DNA of 47,999 bases, from NCBI GenBank assembly GCA_040377305.1, contig JBEIPA010000035.1:1-47999 (forward strand). Reading direction: 5' to 3'. The notes beneath the pieces are model-generated. The model had not been told where the DNA came from and did not search any database. It saw only the letters and a program-made list of their open reading frames with translations. Both the position numbers and the translations under genes were made by a program. Shown here piece by piece: positions 35,862-44,881 of this stretch (the stretch's first letter is position 1; every line of letters begins with the position of its first letter). The stretch is from Flavobacteriales bacterium. Lineage in GTDB: Bacteria > Bacteroidota > Bacteroidia > Palsa-965.

Positions 35862-37136
35862 ATGAAAAAACTCTACTTCACCGCTGTACTCGCATTGTTT
35901 GGTGTTTACCTAAACGCACAGCAACAACAATGCGCAACCATGGATGCCCTCAACCAGCAAATGCAGAATCCTGCGATTGCTCAGCGCATTCAAAATTCAC
36001 GTGCTAATGCTGCAGCCTGGCGCGCTCAACATCCGGAAGAAATCAGAAGCACTGCTCCTGTGGTTACCATTCCGGTAGTTGTTCACGTGCTGTACAAAAA
36101 CGCCGCACAGAACATTTCAAACGCACAGATCTATTCTCAGATCGCCATTCTAAACGCCGATTACCAGCGACTGAACGCAGACACGATCAATACACCAACT
36201 GCATTCGATTCGCTCGCTGCAGATATTCAGGTTGAATTTTGTCTCGCAACCGTTGATCCGAATGGAAACCCTACGGATGGCATTACGCGCACTTCAACTG
36301 TGGGTGGACAGATATTCGGTTATTTCAGTCCGCTCGGCGACGATGCAAAATTCGATTCCCTCGGTGGAAAAGATTGCTGGCCAACTGATGAGTACCTGAA
36401 CATTTGGGTTTGTGAATTGTTCCCGGGACTTCTCGGATACGCGCAATTTCCTGGTGGCGCGCCTGCTACCGATGGTGTGGTAGTGACTTACACTGCGTTC
36501 GGAAACACAGGCACCGTTACAGCTCCATCTACCTTGGGAAGAACTGCAACACATGAAGTTGGTCACTGGATGGGATTGTATCACATCTGGGGCGATGATC
36601 AGGATTGCACAGGAAGTGATTCAATTCCTGACACCCCGAATGCAGATCAGGCTTCAGCGAGTGATTGCCAGGTAAACCTGAACAGCTGCAGCAACGAAGA
36701 TCCATATTGGGGAATCAGCGACCCGAATGATATGGTGCAGAACTATATGGACTACTCGCACGATTCCTGCATGAACATGTTTACGCTCGGGCAAAAAACA
36801 CGCATGCATTCGTTTCTGTACACCGATCCGGCTCGCTTTGCATTGTTCACTTCTCCCGGCGGATGTAACGGAGTTGGAATACAGGAAGCAACATTCGGTC
36901 AATACTTCAATGTTTATCCGAATCCAACAGACGACATTGTAAACGTGAACTACTTCGGATCAGTTAGCCCAACCATGACAATCGAAGTATTAGACGTTAC
37001 CGGAAAAACAGTTGCTGCATTCACGACTACAGCGTACACCTACACTGTTGATCTGTCAACATTGCCAGCTGGTGTTTACACCATGAAATTCATTGGAGTA
37101 ACAGAAGTAGCAACGAAGAAAATTGTATTGCAATAA
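35862..37136 (+). CDS. M43 (pappalysin/ulilysin-like) zinc metalloprotease with T9SS CTD
   Basis: Propeptide Cys (QCATM), HEVGHWMGLYH, Met-turn NYMDY, and CTD VYPNP. Confidence 0.93.
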   Translation: MKKLYFTAVLALFGVYLNAQQQQCATMDALNQQMQNPAIAQRIQNSRANAAAWRAQHPEEIRSTAPVVTIPVVVHVLYKNAAQNISNAQIYSQIAILNADYQRLNADTINTPTAFDSLAADIQVEFCLATVDPNGNPTDGITRTSTVGGQIFGYFSPLGDDAKFDSLGGKDCWPTDEYLNIWVCELFPGLLGYAQFPGGAPATDGVVVTYTAFGNTGTVTAPSTLGRTATHEVGHWMGLYHIWGDDQDCTGSDSIPDTPNADQASASDCQVNLNSCSNEDPYWGISDPNDMVQNYMDYSHDSCMNMFTLGQKTRMHSFLYTDPARFALFTSPGGCNGVGIQEATFGQYFNVYPNPTDDIVNVNYFGSVSPTMTIEVLDVTGKTVAAFTTTAYTYTVDLSTLPAGVYTMKFIGVTEVATKKIVLQ

Positions 37137-37176
37137 TCCCGTCCGCCGCGGCGGACCCGTATCCTTACCTTGATAG

Positions 37177-37203
37177 AAAGAGAGTCGAAAGGCTCTCTTT
37201 TTT
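37177..37203 (+). terminator. Intrinsic terminator between convergent genes
   Basis: AAAGAGAGTC-GAAA-GGCTCTCTTT followed by a T tract. Confidence 0.8.
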
Positions 37204-37204
37204 A

Positions 37205-38257
37205 TTAGAGGGATTTGATGGCCATCGCAACGGAAGATGTTTGCGGAAAATCAAAAACATCGATTGACTCAAGTTGCTTCAACGCTTTCTCCAGTGAAAA
37301 CTTCTTCTGGTTCATCGCAACCATCATGTTTTTCCCGGCGAGATATTCCGCACAATACTCCTGTTCGGTTTGCCCGGGCGTGGGAACACAAATCAATTTT
37401 TTCTTAGCGGCAGTAAGATCGCACAGTGTACTGTAACCACCGCGCGACACCACTGCATACGATCTTCCGATTTCCGCTGCGAGTTTTTCATCATCGAGGT
37501 GATTCAGCATTCTCACTCCAGGAATTGGTTCCGAATCGTGAGGTTGTCCGGGTTGCCCGCGAAGAATTAAAGCCGGTACAGGATTTTTCTTCAGCTCTGC
37601 GAGAACGAGGTCTTCGAAAATTGTCCGTTGTGGTTCGGGTCCGCTGAGCATGAAGAGCAATTGCCTTCCGCTTGAATCCATTTTCGTTTTCACCAATGAA
37701 AATCGGGTGAGCGGACCGATGTAACGGTAATTCTTCTTCGGCTTTTTCAGAAACGCGAGATCACCGGAAATGTTATTCTTCCCGGCATGATCCGGAATCC
37801 AGACTTCATCAAACTTGGCGTAGAAGTTCTTGTGGAGAAAACTGGCTGCGAAAGTGAGTGCTCCGGCCTTCACACGAAGCTGATGTGTAATGAAGATGTT
37901 CTTTGTATCGTGTGAACGAAAATTCAGTCGGTTGTCGGAAATGATAATATCGGCACGCACTTCTTTCGCGATGCGTTCTGCGTTCTTCTTCTCTGCGTAC
38001 ATCGCTTTTGCAATGCGCGGACCGCTTTTCGCCATGTGCACCATAAACTGATCGCTCTTCGGATACGTGATGTCGTAGCCCGGGCAACGAACAATCTGCA
38101 TATCCGGAAACCGGCGGGAGAGAAAATCGAATGGACGACCATCGGCAACGAGAATCACTTCGTGACCGGCTTCCCGTAAATGGTGAATCAGTGGAACATC
38201 GCGTGTGGCGTGCCCGAGTCCCCAGTCCAGTGGCGCTACCATGATTCGTTTTGACAT
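37205..38257 (-). CDS. GT-B glycosyltransferase (GT28/MJ1255-like)
   Basis: WGLGHATR, IISDNR, SRGGYST and PTPGQTEQ. Confidence 0.88.
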   Translation of the reverse strand: MSKRIMVAPLDWGLGHATRDVPLIHHLREAGHEVILVADGRPFDFLSRRFPDMQIVRCPGYDITYPKSDQFMVHMAKSGPRIAKAMYAEKKNAERIAKEVRADIIISDNRLNFRSHDTKNIFITHQLRVKAGALTFAASFLHKNFYAKFDEVWIPDHAGKNNISGDLAFLKKPKKNYRYIGPLTRFSLVKTKMDSSGRQLLFMLSGPEPQRTIFEDLVLAELKKNPVPALILRGQPGQPHDSEPIPGVRMLNHLDDEKLAAEIGRSYAVVSRGGYSTLCDLTAAKKKLICVPTPGQTEQEYCAEYLAGKNMMVAMNQKKFSLEKALKQLESIDVFDFPQTSSVAMAIKSL

Positions 38258-38343
38258 GAAACGAAGATAGCGCGCAAGCGTAAACCTTAAAGGTTTCTTA
38301 TAAACCTTTAAGGTTTTAGTATGGGCGTACTATCTTTGCGCCC

Positions 38344-39063
38344 GTGGCACAATACAACAAGCTCGAGCGATTCGCACAAATGAAAACCATGCCCAACGTG
38401 GTTCAGTTTCACTTTGGGAATCTCCGCAATGGATTTCACGCATTACGCGGCAACTGGTCCCGCGATTTCTTCAAAAACGATAAACCAATTGTACTCGAAC
38501 TCGGATGCGGAAAAGGCGAGTACACCGTTGGAATGGCGCGACGATTTCCGGACAAGAATTTCATTGGTGTCGACATCAAAGGAGCGCGAATGTTCGTCGG
38601 CGCGAGACAAGCTATTGAAGGCAATCTGAACAACGCTGCTTTTCTCCGCACGCGTGTTGATTTTATCAACGCACTATTCGCAGAAAGAGAAGTCGACGAA
38701 ATCTGGATTACGTTTCCTGATCCGCAAAAGGAAAAGCCGAGAAAGCGACTCACCTCTACTCTTTTTCTTCAGCGTTATGCATACTTGCTAAAGCCGGGCG
38801 GTATCATCAACCTGAAAACCGATAGTGTGCTGATGCACGAGTATACCTTAAGCATTATTAAGCAGGAAGGTTGTGAGCAGATTCATGCATCGAATGATAT
38901 TTATACAACCGTAAAAGATCCGGAGCACGTGCTGTTAACCATCCAGACGGCTTACGAGAGAAAGTTTCTGGGAATGGGAATGCCGATCACCCACGTTTCT
39001 TTCAGATTGCCGAAAGACTACGCGAAGAATGAGAAGATTTTCCCTTTGACTGAAATTGAATAA
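38344..39063 (+). CDS. trmB: tRNA (guanine-N7)-methyltransferase
   Basis: LELGCGKGEY, IGVDIKGAR, WITFPDP, KRLTS, LKTD and TAYERKF. Confidence 0.95.
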   Translation: MAQYNKLERFAQMKTMPNVVQFHFGNLRNGFHALRGNWSRDFFKNDKPIVLELGCGKGEYTVGMARRFPDKNFIGVDIKGARMFVGARQAIEGNLNNAAFLRTRVDFINALFAEREVDEIWITFPDPQKEKPRKRLTSTLFLQRYAYLLKPGGIINLKTDSVLMHEYTLSIIKQEGCEQIHASNDIYTTVKDPEHVLLTIQTAYERKFLGMGMPITHVSFRLPKDYAKNEKIFPLTEIE

Positions 39064-39340
39064 ACGATAAGGCATTAGGGCGAGCGGGCATTAGAGAATC
39101 AATCCCATTATGCCCAATTGCCCCAACGCCTCATTCCTTGCTACTGGTCTTTCTTCTTGTTCATGGCTTTAACACCTACAACTACAAGACCTACGACCAA
39201 TCCGATTAGTGCTCCGTATAACATTTTGCTGTGTTGATTTGTGAATATCCAAGATAGAAAGAAGGTTTTAATTATTGTTATTTGGCAGTTAGCATTGTGT
39301 GTAGGTACTCGAAAAACCGAAAAACTTATACCTTTGCCGG

Positions 39341-39655
39341 ATGCGGTTTTTAATGGCCTATTTTGTACTTGCAGTGGTGTTCAGTTTCAGCGGTATTCCT
39401 GAATTCGTTTCAGGGGTATTGCTCGATGAATCGTCCTACACTGCAATACACGATGACGCTGATAACCAGGAAACAGAAGACACTCCAGAGAAGGAAGAGA
39501 AATACGAGAAAGAAGATGTAAAAGAATCTTTGATCGCTGAAGACGTTTTCCTCGCTGGTTTACATGCGGGTCCATCTCTGGAAATCTACAACGGAATTCT
39601 CCGCGTTTCCGGCTACTACGCTGAAGATCATTATCCGCCTCCCGAACGCGCGTAA
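39341..39655 (+). CDS. Small exported-type protein with acidic core and C-terminal PPP motif, upstream of sulP
   Basis: Hydrophobic N-terminus, E/D-rich middle, ends HYPPPERA. A TACCTTTG -7 element lies 4 nt before the ATG. Confidence 0.7.
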   Translation: MRFLMAYFVLAVVFSFSGIPEFVSGVLLDESSYTAIHDDADNQETEDTPEKEEKYEKEDVKESLIAEDVFLAGLHAGPSLEIYNGILRVSGYYAEDHYPPPERA

Positions 39656-39761
39656 TCTTTCGCGTGATCTGAATTCCACCGTACTTCACTAGTTGCGGCA
39701 CTTCCATTACGTATTTCTACACACACCATCTGTCTTGCGACGGTAATAATCCATTTTGCAC

Positions 39762-41447
39762 ATGTCTCCGAAACGTAACAAATTAACTTTAAGCTCACTC
39801 AAAACGGATATTCCGGCAGGACTCGTTGTGTTTCTTGTCGCCCTTCCTCTCTGCTTAGGAATTGCACTTGCCTCGGGAGCTCCACTATTCTCCGGAATTA
39901 TAGCAGGCATCGTGGGTGGAATAGTTGTAGGATTTATCAGCGGCTCTACACTTGGAGTTAGCGGTCCTGCGGCTGGTCTGACCACCATTGTGTTCGCCGC
40001 TATTGCTTCATTCAAACCGGAGTTTCTTCAAATGGGAATTGATCCTGCAACATTTCCAGCAGCGGCTGCTCAGGCAGGAATGACACTTCCCGACTACGAG
40101 GCGATGATGGAGTCAGACCGTTTAATTGCGGGCTTCCGGATTTTTCTCCTCACCGTGGTACTTGCGGGAGTTATACAGGTAATTCTCGGAATAGTCAGAG
40201 CCGGAATTATCGGATACTACTTTCCTTCGTCGGTAATCAAAGGAATGCTTGCTGCAATCGGATTGATTCTGATTCTCAAACAGATTCCGCATGCACTTGG
40301 ATTTGATAAGGATGTAGTTGGTGATGAGGAATTCTTTCAGAAAGACAAGCACAATTCGTTCTCTGAAATTTATTACGCGATAAGATATCATAGTATCGGT
40401 GCAGTGATTATTTCCCTGATGTCTTTGGGAATCCTCATTCTCTTCGATAGACCATTCATGAAGAAGATTGCACTTTTCAAATTCGTTCCGGGTGCATTGA
40501 TTGTTGTTGTTGTAGGGATTATCATCAACATGGTCATGAAAAGTGTATCGCCGGGAATGGAACTCGACGGAGATCATTTGGTGAGCCTGCCGGTTGCACA
40601 CACAGCACGTGACTTTATGGGCTTCTTCATGACGCCCGACTGGACTGCATTCGGCAATCCGAAAGTTTACATCACTGCAGTAACGATTGCAATTGTAGCC
40701 AGTCTGGAATCATTGCTTTGCGTAGAAGCAACCGACAAACTTGATCCGGAAAGAAGAAATACACCGACCAATCGTGAGCTTATTGCACAAGGAACCGGTA
40801 ACATCGTTTCAGGTCTGATTGGTGGCTTGCCGCTTACCCAGGTTATCGTACGCAGCTCTGCGAACATCAATGCAGGTGGTAAAACGAAACTATCCGCTAT
40901 TATGCACGGTGTCCTATTACTTGGTTGCGCTCTGTTCATCGCAAAATATCTCAACATGATTCCACTCGCGAGTCTCGCTGCAGTCCTGTTGATGGTAGGT
41001 TACAAGCTTGCACGCGTTTCCTTGTTCAAAGAAATGTATCGCATCGGCTGGGAACAGTTCCTGCCATTTATCATCACCGTTACAGCTATTCTCTTCACCG
41101 ATTTGCTGAAAGGAATTGCCATTGGAATGGTGTTCGCGATCTTCTACATCCTGCGCAAAAATTTCAGAACGTCGTATTTCCTTCACAAAGAAGATATCAA
41201 ACAAGGTGAAGAAATACGTATTGTACTTTCAGAAGAAGTAACATTCCTCAACAAAGCCAGCATTCAGCTCATGCTTGATGAACTTCCGGAAGATTCTTCA
41301 GTTATTATTGACGGATCACGTTCTGTAAACATCGACTACGATGTTTTGGAAATCATTCACAATTTCCGCTTGCACAATGCTCCGGACAGAAACATTCAAC
41401 TTACACTTATCAACGTTCCTGATGTTACACTCAGCTCAGGACATTAA
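39762..41447 (+). CDS. SulP/SLC26 family anion (probably bicarbonate) transporter
   Basis: DIPAGLVVFLVALPLCLGIALASG, VSGPAAG, NRELIAQG and VIVRSSAN, plus a short STAS-like tail. It is adjacent to carbonic anhydrase. Confidence 0.93.
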   Translation: MSPKRNKLTLSSLKTDIPAGLVVFLVALPLCLGIALASGAPLFSGIIAGIVGGIVVGFISGSTLGVSGPAAGLTTIVFAAIASFKPEFLQMGIDPATFPAAAAQAGMTLPDYEAMMESDRLIAGFRIFLLTVVLAGVIQVILGIVRAGIIGYYFPSSVIKGMLAAIGLILILKQIPHALGFDKDVVGDEEFFQKDKHNSFSEIYYAIRYHSIGAVIISLMSLGILILFDRPFMKKIALFKFVPGALIVVVVGIIINMVMKSVSPGMELDGDHLVSLPVAHTARDFMGFFMTPDWTAFGNPKVYITAVTIAIVASLESLLCVEATDKLDPERRNTPTNRELIAQGTGNIVSGLIGGLPLTQVIVRSSANINAGGKTKLSAIMHGVLLLGCALFIAKYLNMIPLASLAAVLLMVGYKLARVSLFKEMYRIGWEQFLPFIITVTAILFTDLLKGIAIGMVFAIFYILRKNFRTSYFLHKEDIKQGEEIRIVLSEEVTFLNKASIQLMLDELPEDSSVIIDGSRSVNIDYDVLEIIHNFRLHNAPDRNIQLTLINVPDVTLSSGH

Positions 41448-41458
41448 TCTTACAGAAA

Positions 41459-42091
41459 ATGCTAAAGTCATATCAACGCCTACTCGATAACAACAAACAA
41501 TGGTCTGCTGCAACTACAAAGGTTGACCCTGATTTTTTTAAGAAGCTTTCAATTGCGCAGAGTCCGGAGTATCTCTGGATTGGTTGTTCAGACAGTCGTG
41601 TTCCTGCGGATCAGATCACCGGCACGCAGCCCGGAGAAATTTTTGTTCACCGCAATATCGCAAACATGGTAGTGCACAGCGATATGAATATGCTGAGTGT
41701 ACTTTCCTATGCTGTCGAAGTATTGAAAGTAAAACACATCATCGTTTGCGGTCATTACGGCTGTGGTGGTGTTATTGCCGCTATGGGGAATCAGCAATAC
41801 GGTCTCATCGACAATTGGCTCCGTCATATCAAAGATGTTTACCGTTACCACCATGAGGAGCTTGATGCAATTACAGATGATGTTCAACGCGCCCGCCGTT
41901 TAGTTGAAGTGAATGTGATTGAGCAGGTACGCGATCTGGGAAAAACTTCCATTGTTCAGAATGCATGGAATAAAGGACAACTCCTGCACATTCACGGATG
42001 GGCATACGACGTTGCCGATGGTATCATCAATGATCTTAACGTGAACTGCACGAATGCAGACGAGCTGCACGAGGTGTATAAATTCGAATAG
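41459..42091 (+). CDS. can: Beta-class carbonic anhydrase
   Basis: WIGCSDSRVP, FVHRNIAN and GHYGCGG zinc-ligand motifs. Confidence 0.96.
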   Translation: MLKSYQRLLDNNKQWSAATTKVDPDFFKKLSIAQSPEYLWIGCSDSRVPADQITGTQPGEIFVHRNIANMVVHSDMNMLSVLSYAVEVLKVKHIIVCGHYGCGGVIAAMGNQQYGLIDNWLRHIKDVYRYHHEELDAITDDVQRARRLVEVNVIEQVRDLGKTSIVQNAWNKGQLLHIHGWAYDVADGIINDLNVNCTNADELHEVYKFE

Positions 42092-42103
42092 AAAGCCTAA
42101 TGC

Positions 42104-43399
42104 TTATTGGTGCGTAACAAAGAACTGCTGGATAACAGCCGTTCCATTGTGCTCGACTTTCACGAAATAGAACCCTTCGGGAAAGTCACGTACCGACACG
42201 CGTACCTCGGTTCCGGTACACGTTGTTTCCAGAACTTTCTTACCTGAAAAATCGGTGATCTCCATTCGTGAAATTTCTGTTGGAGAAAACGGATTGGAAA
42301 TGGTTATGGATTCATCGGCCGGTGAAGGAAACACGTGTAATCTCCGCTGAGGAATACAATTCCATACGCTGCCTTGAGGACCGAACACGACAAGCATAGT
42401 TGCAGTATCATTTACGCAGCCATTACTGGTAACGTGAGTGACTGTGTACGTTCCGTTGCCCGGGAAAGTATAAACTTCATTCGCGTTGCCGGCAATGAAT
42501 CCATTGCCGAAATTCCATTGGTGATTTGTACCGGGAACCGCCGATGTAAATAAGAATGTTGAGCCGGAAATGAATGTAGAATCAAACGCCGCGTTGTCGT
42601 AATACACTTCTGTATTCCATAAGCTCATCGAATCAAGCACACAGGTTGCGGCATACAGCTGCAGAAATTGTGCATCAGCTGCGGGTAGTCCTCCATAATA
42701 AGAAAGTCCAACCGGGCTTCTCCTGAAAATGCTCGCGTAAAAAACACAGGCATTGAGATAAGATCCATGCAAACTTGGGTGACTTTCATCGGCGATGTAC
42801 AAATCGAAAGCTGGTGTTGTTGCGATCACATCTCTCCATGCTTCTCCGCATGGCGCAACCATTGCACCGTTGTCGTAAGCCATTTGCAGGTATCGGTTGC
42901 GCAGTTGATTCTGCATACCCTGAAATGTACACACAGGCGGATGCGTTGCACAGTTCTGCGCGTCGCCATTCTTTCTGCCCCAGGTCATGTAGAAAACAGT
43001 TTGTGTACACGAGTCGTTCAGATGAATCACGCTGTCCAGCGCTTCCGCGTAAGGAAGAACCCAATTCGCTACAAATGTTGAATCGAGTGACGGTTCCTGA
43101 CTTTGCGCCTGAAGTATTACGTAATCCCAAGACTGCTGATTGATCTTGCTTTGCGAAGTAAGACTGTTCCAATGATCTTCAAGCCGGTACCCGCCTGGAG
43201 TGTAGCTGTCGTAAGTAATTGTGTCGCCACCCGACAATGCGAGTTGAAATAGCATATCCGGGAGATTGTTGCTTGCGGTGTAAGAGTTACCTAGCCATAA
43301 CACTGAACGTATTTGAGCAGAAAGTAAAGTCGGCCCAAACAATGCGAGTATTAACAACAACTTAAATCGGGAACAAATCCGGAAGCGTCTCATTCTCAC
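42104..43399 (-). CDS. SGNH/GDSL-type hydrolase (DUF4886-like) with PKD-like domain and T9SS CTD; exact start uncertain
   Basis: LWLGNSYT, WDYVILQAQS, YMTWG and DESHPS motifs. C-terminus VFPSPA...EGFYFVKV. Confidence 0.8.
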   Translation of the reverse strand: MRMRRFRICSRFKLLLILALFGPTLLSAQIRSVLWLGNSYTASNNLPDMLFQLALSGGDTITYDSYTPGGYRLEDHWNSLTSQSKINQQSWDYVILQAQSQEPSLDSTFVANWVLPYAEALDSVIHLNDSCTQTVFYMTWGRKNGDAQNCATHPPVCTFQGMQNQLRNRYLQMAYDNGAMVAPCGEAWRDVIATTPAFDLYIADESHPSLHGSYLNACVFYASIFRRSPVGLSYYGGLPAADAQFLQLYAATCVLDSMSLWNTEVYYDNAAFDSTFISGSTFLFTSAVPGTNHQWNFGNGFIAGNANEVYTFPGNGTYTVTHVTSNGCVNDTATMLVVFGPQGSVWNCIPQRRLHVFPSPADESITISNPFSPTEISRMEITDFSGKKVLETTCTGTEVRVSVRDFPEGFYFVKVEHNGTAVIQQFFVTHQ

Positions 43400-43438
43400 G
43401 AAGATCGGGCAATTATTTCAATTCCTCGTTCATCTTGC

Positions 43439-43494
43439 TTAACACAACCTTAACATGGGAGTAATTTGTGGATAATCCTGTACAGGTTCCTTTG
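43439..43494 (+). promoter_or_regulatory. Putative Pho-box promoter of the porin
   Basis: TTAAC (43439), TTAAC (43450), GTAAT (43461), then the -7-like TTCCTTTG at 43487. Confidence 0.72.
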
Positions 43495-43535
43495 TGTCAA
43501 TTAATTGTAAACAAAATTCAAACTCAAGGTAAAGT

Positions 43536-44762
43536 ATGCGCACTCTGAACATCATTGTGATTCTATTTCTGACATTACTGTTCAATGTTAAACTACGTGC
43601 ACAAATTGACACCAACACAAAGAAAGTTCCGACCAAAAAAGAACACTGGTACGATAAAGTAAGCTTCCGCGGATATACTCAAGTACGCTACAGCCGATTG
43701 GGTGAAACCAATTCCGATCTTAAGCTTAATCAGGACAAAAGTGTTGGCGACAAGGGTGGATTTCTCATTCGCCGCGGACGTCTTGTTTTAAGTGGTGATG
43801 TTCATCCACGAGTATTCGTTTACATTCAGAATGATTTCGGGGTAACTGCTGCTGCATCCATTTCCAACACGGTTCTTCACTATACCGGTTTGCGCGACGC
43901 ATACTTTGATGTGGCTCTTGATTCAGCTAAAACATTTCGCTTGAGAATCGGTCAGAGTAAAGTACCGTTTGGCTTCGAGAATATGCAGTCTAGTCAAAAT
44001 CGTTTACCACTTGACCGGGCAGAAGCATTAAATAGTGCGGTTGTAGGTGAACGCGATCTCGGAGCATTCTTCTATTGGGCGCCGACGAAAAGAAGACAGC
44101 TTTTCAAATCTCTGGTAGACGATGGATTAAAAGGCTCGGGTGATTATGGTTGTTTCGGTTTAGGAGTTTATAATGGCCAGACTATTAATAAAGCAGAAAC
44201 GAATAACAACCTCCATGTAATTGGAAGATTTACGTGGCCGTTCAACCTGAAGTCGCAAACATTTGAAATCGGAATGCAGGGTTACACCGGATTCTATACC
44301 ATGGAAAATCTTTCCTCAGGTACCGGAGTAACATCTGATAAAAACTACCTCGATAAACGTGTCGCAGCTACATTCGTGATGTACGCCAAACCATTTGGAA
44401 TTCTAGCAGAGTATAATATTGGAAAATCACCGGTGTATGATCCTTCCGGCGATTCAATCAAAGTCGATGATCTTGAAGGCGGTTTTGTGACCATCCACTA
44501 TATGATAAGGTTCAGCAAATGGAACCAGGTAATTAATCCGTATGCCCGGGCTCAATACTACTCAGGTGGATTCAAAACTGAAAAAGACGCTGCTCACTTT
44601 AAAGTGAACGATTATGAATTCGGTGTGGAATATCAGGTAATGAAGAACTTTGAATTGACTGTGGCTTATCTGATGGCTAATAGGCGCATTGAAGACAAGT
44701 CAAACGAAACGAATTATCAGTCCGGAAACGTCATCCGCATTCAGTTCCAATTCAATTACTAG
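43536..44762 (+). CDS. OprO/OprP-family phosphate-selective porin
   Basis: FLIRRGRL, LRDAYFD, RIGQSKVPFGFEN and ERDLG motifs. C-terminal aromatic beta strand QFQFNY. Confidence 0.85.
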   Translation: MRTLNIIVILFLTLLFNVKLRAQIDTNTKKVPTKKEHWYDKVSFRGYTQVRYSRLGETNSDLKLNQDKSVGDKGGFLIRRGRLVLSGDVHPRVFVYIQNDFGVTAAASISNTVLHYTGLRDAYFDVALDSAKTFRLRIGQSKVPFGFENMQSSQNRLPLDRAEALNSAVVGERDLGAFFYWAPTKRRQLFKSLVDDGLKGSGDYGCFGLGVYNGQTINKAETNNNLHVIGRFTWPFNLKSQTFEIGMQGYTGFYTMENLSSGTGVTSDKNYLDKRVAATFVMYAKPFGILAEYNIGKSPVYDPSGDSIKVDDLEGGFVTIHYMIRFSKWNQVINPYARAQYYSGGFKTEKDAAHFKVNDYEFGVEYQVMKNFELTVAYLMANRRIEDKSNETNYQSGNVIRIQFQFNY

Positions 44763-44810
44763 CCAACAACCTGATTATCAATGTGTACTATCCCGTAGCA
44801 TATTGACTTG

Positions 44811-44855
44811 GTAACAATTCCTTAACACATCCAGAAAGTGCCCCAATTACCTTTA
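44811..44855 (+). promoter_or_regulatory. Putative Pho-box promoter of DUF47-pit
   Basis: GTAAC (44811) and TTAAC (44822), then the -7-like TACCTTTA at 44848. Confidence 0.68.
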
Positions 44856-44881
44856 CGGTGCTTAAATCAACATAAATAATT

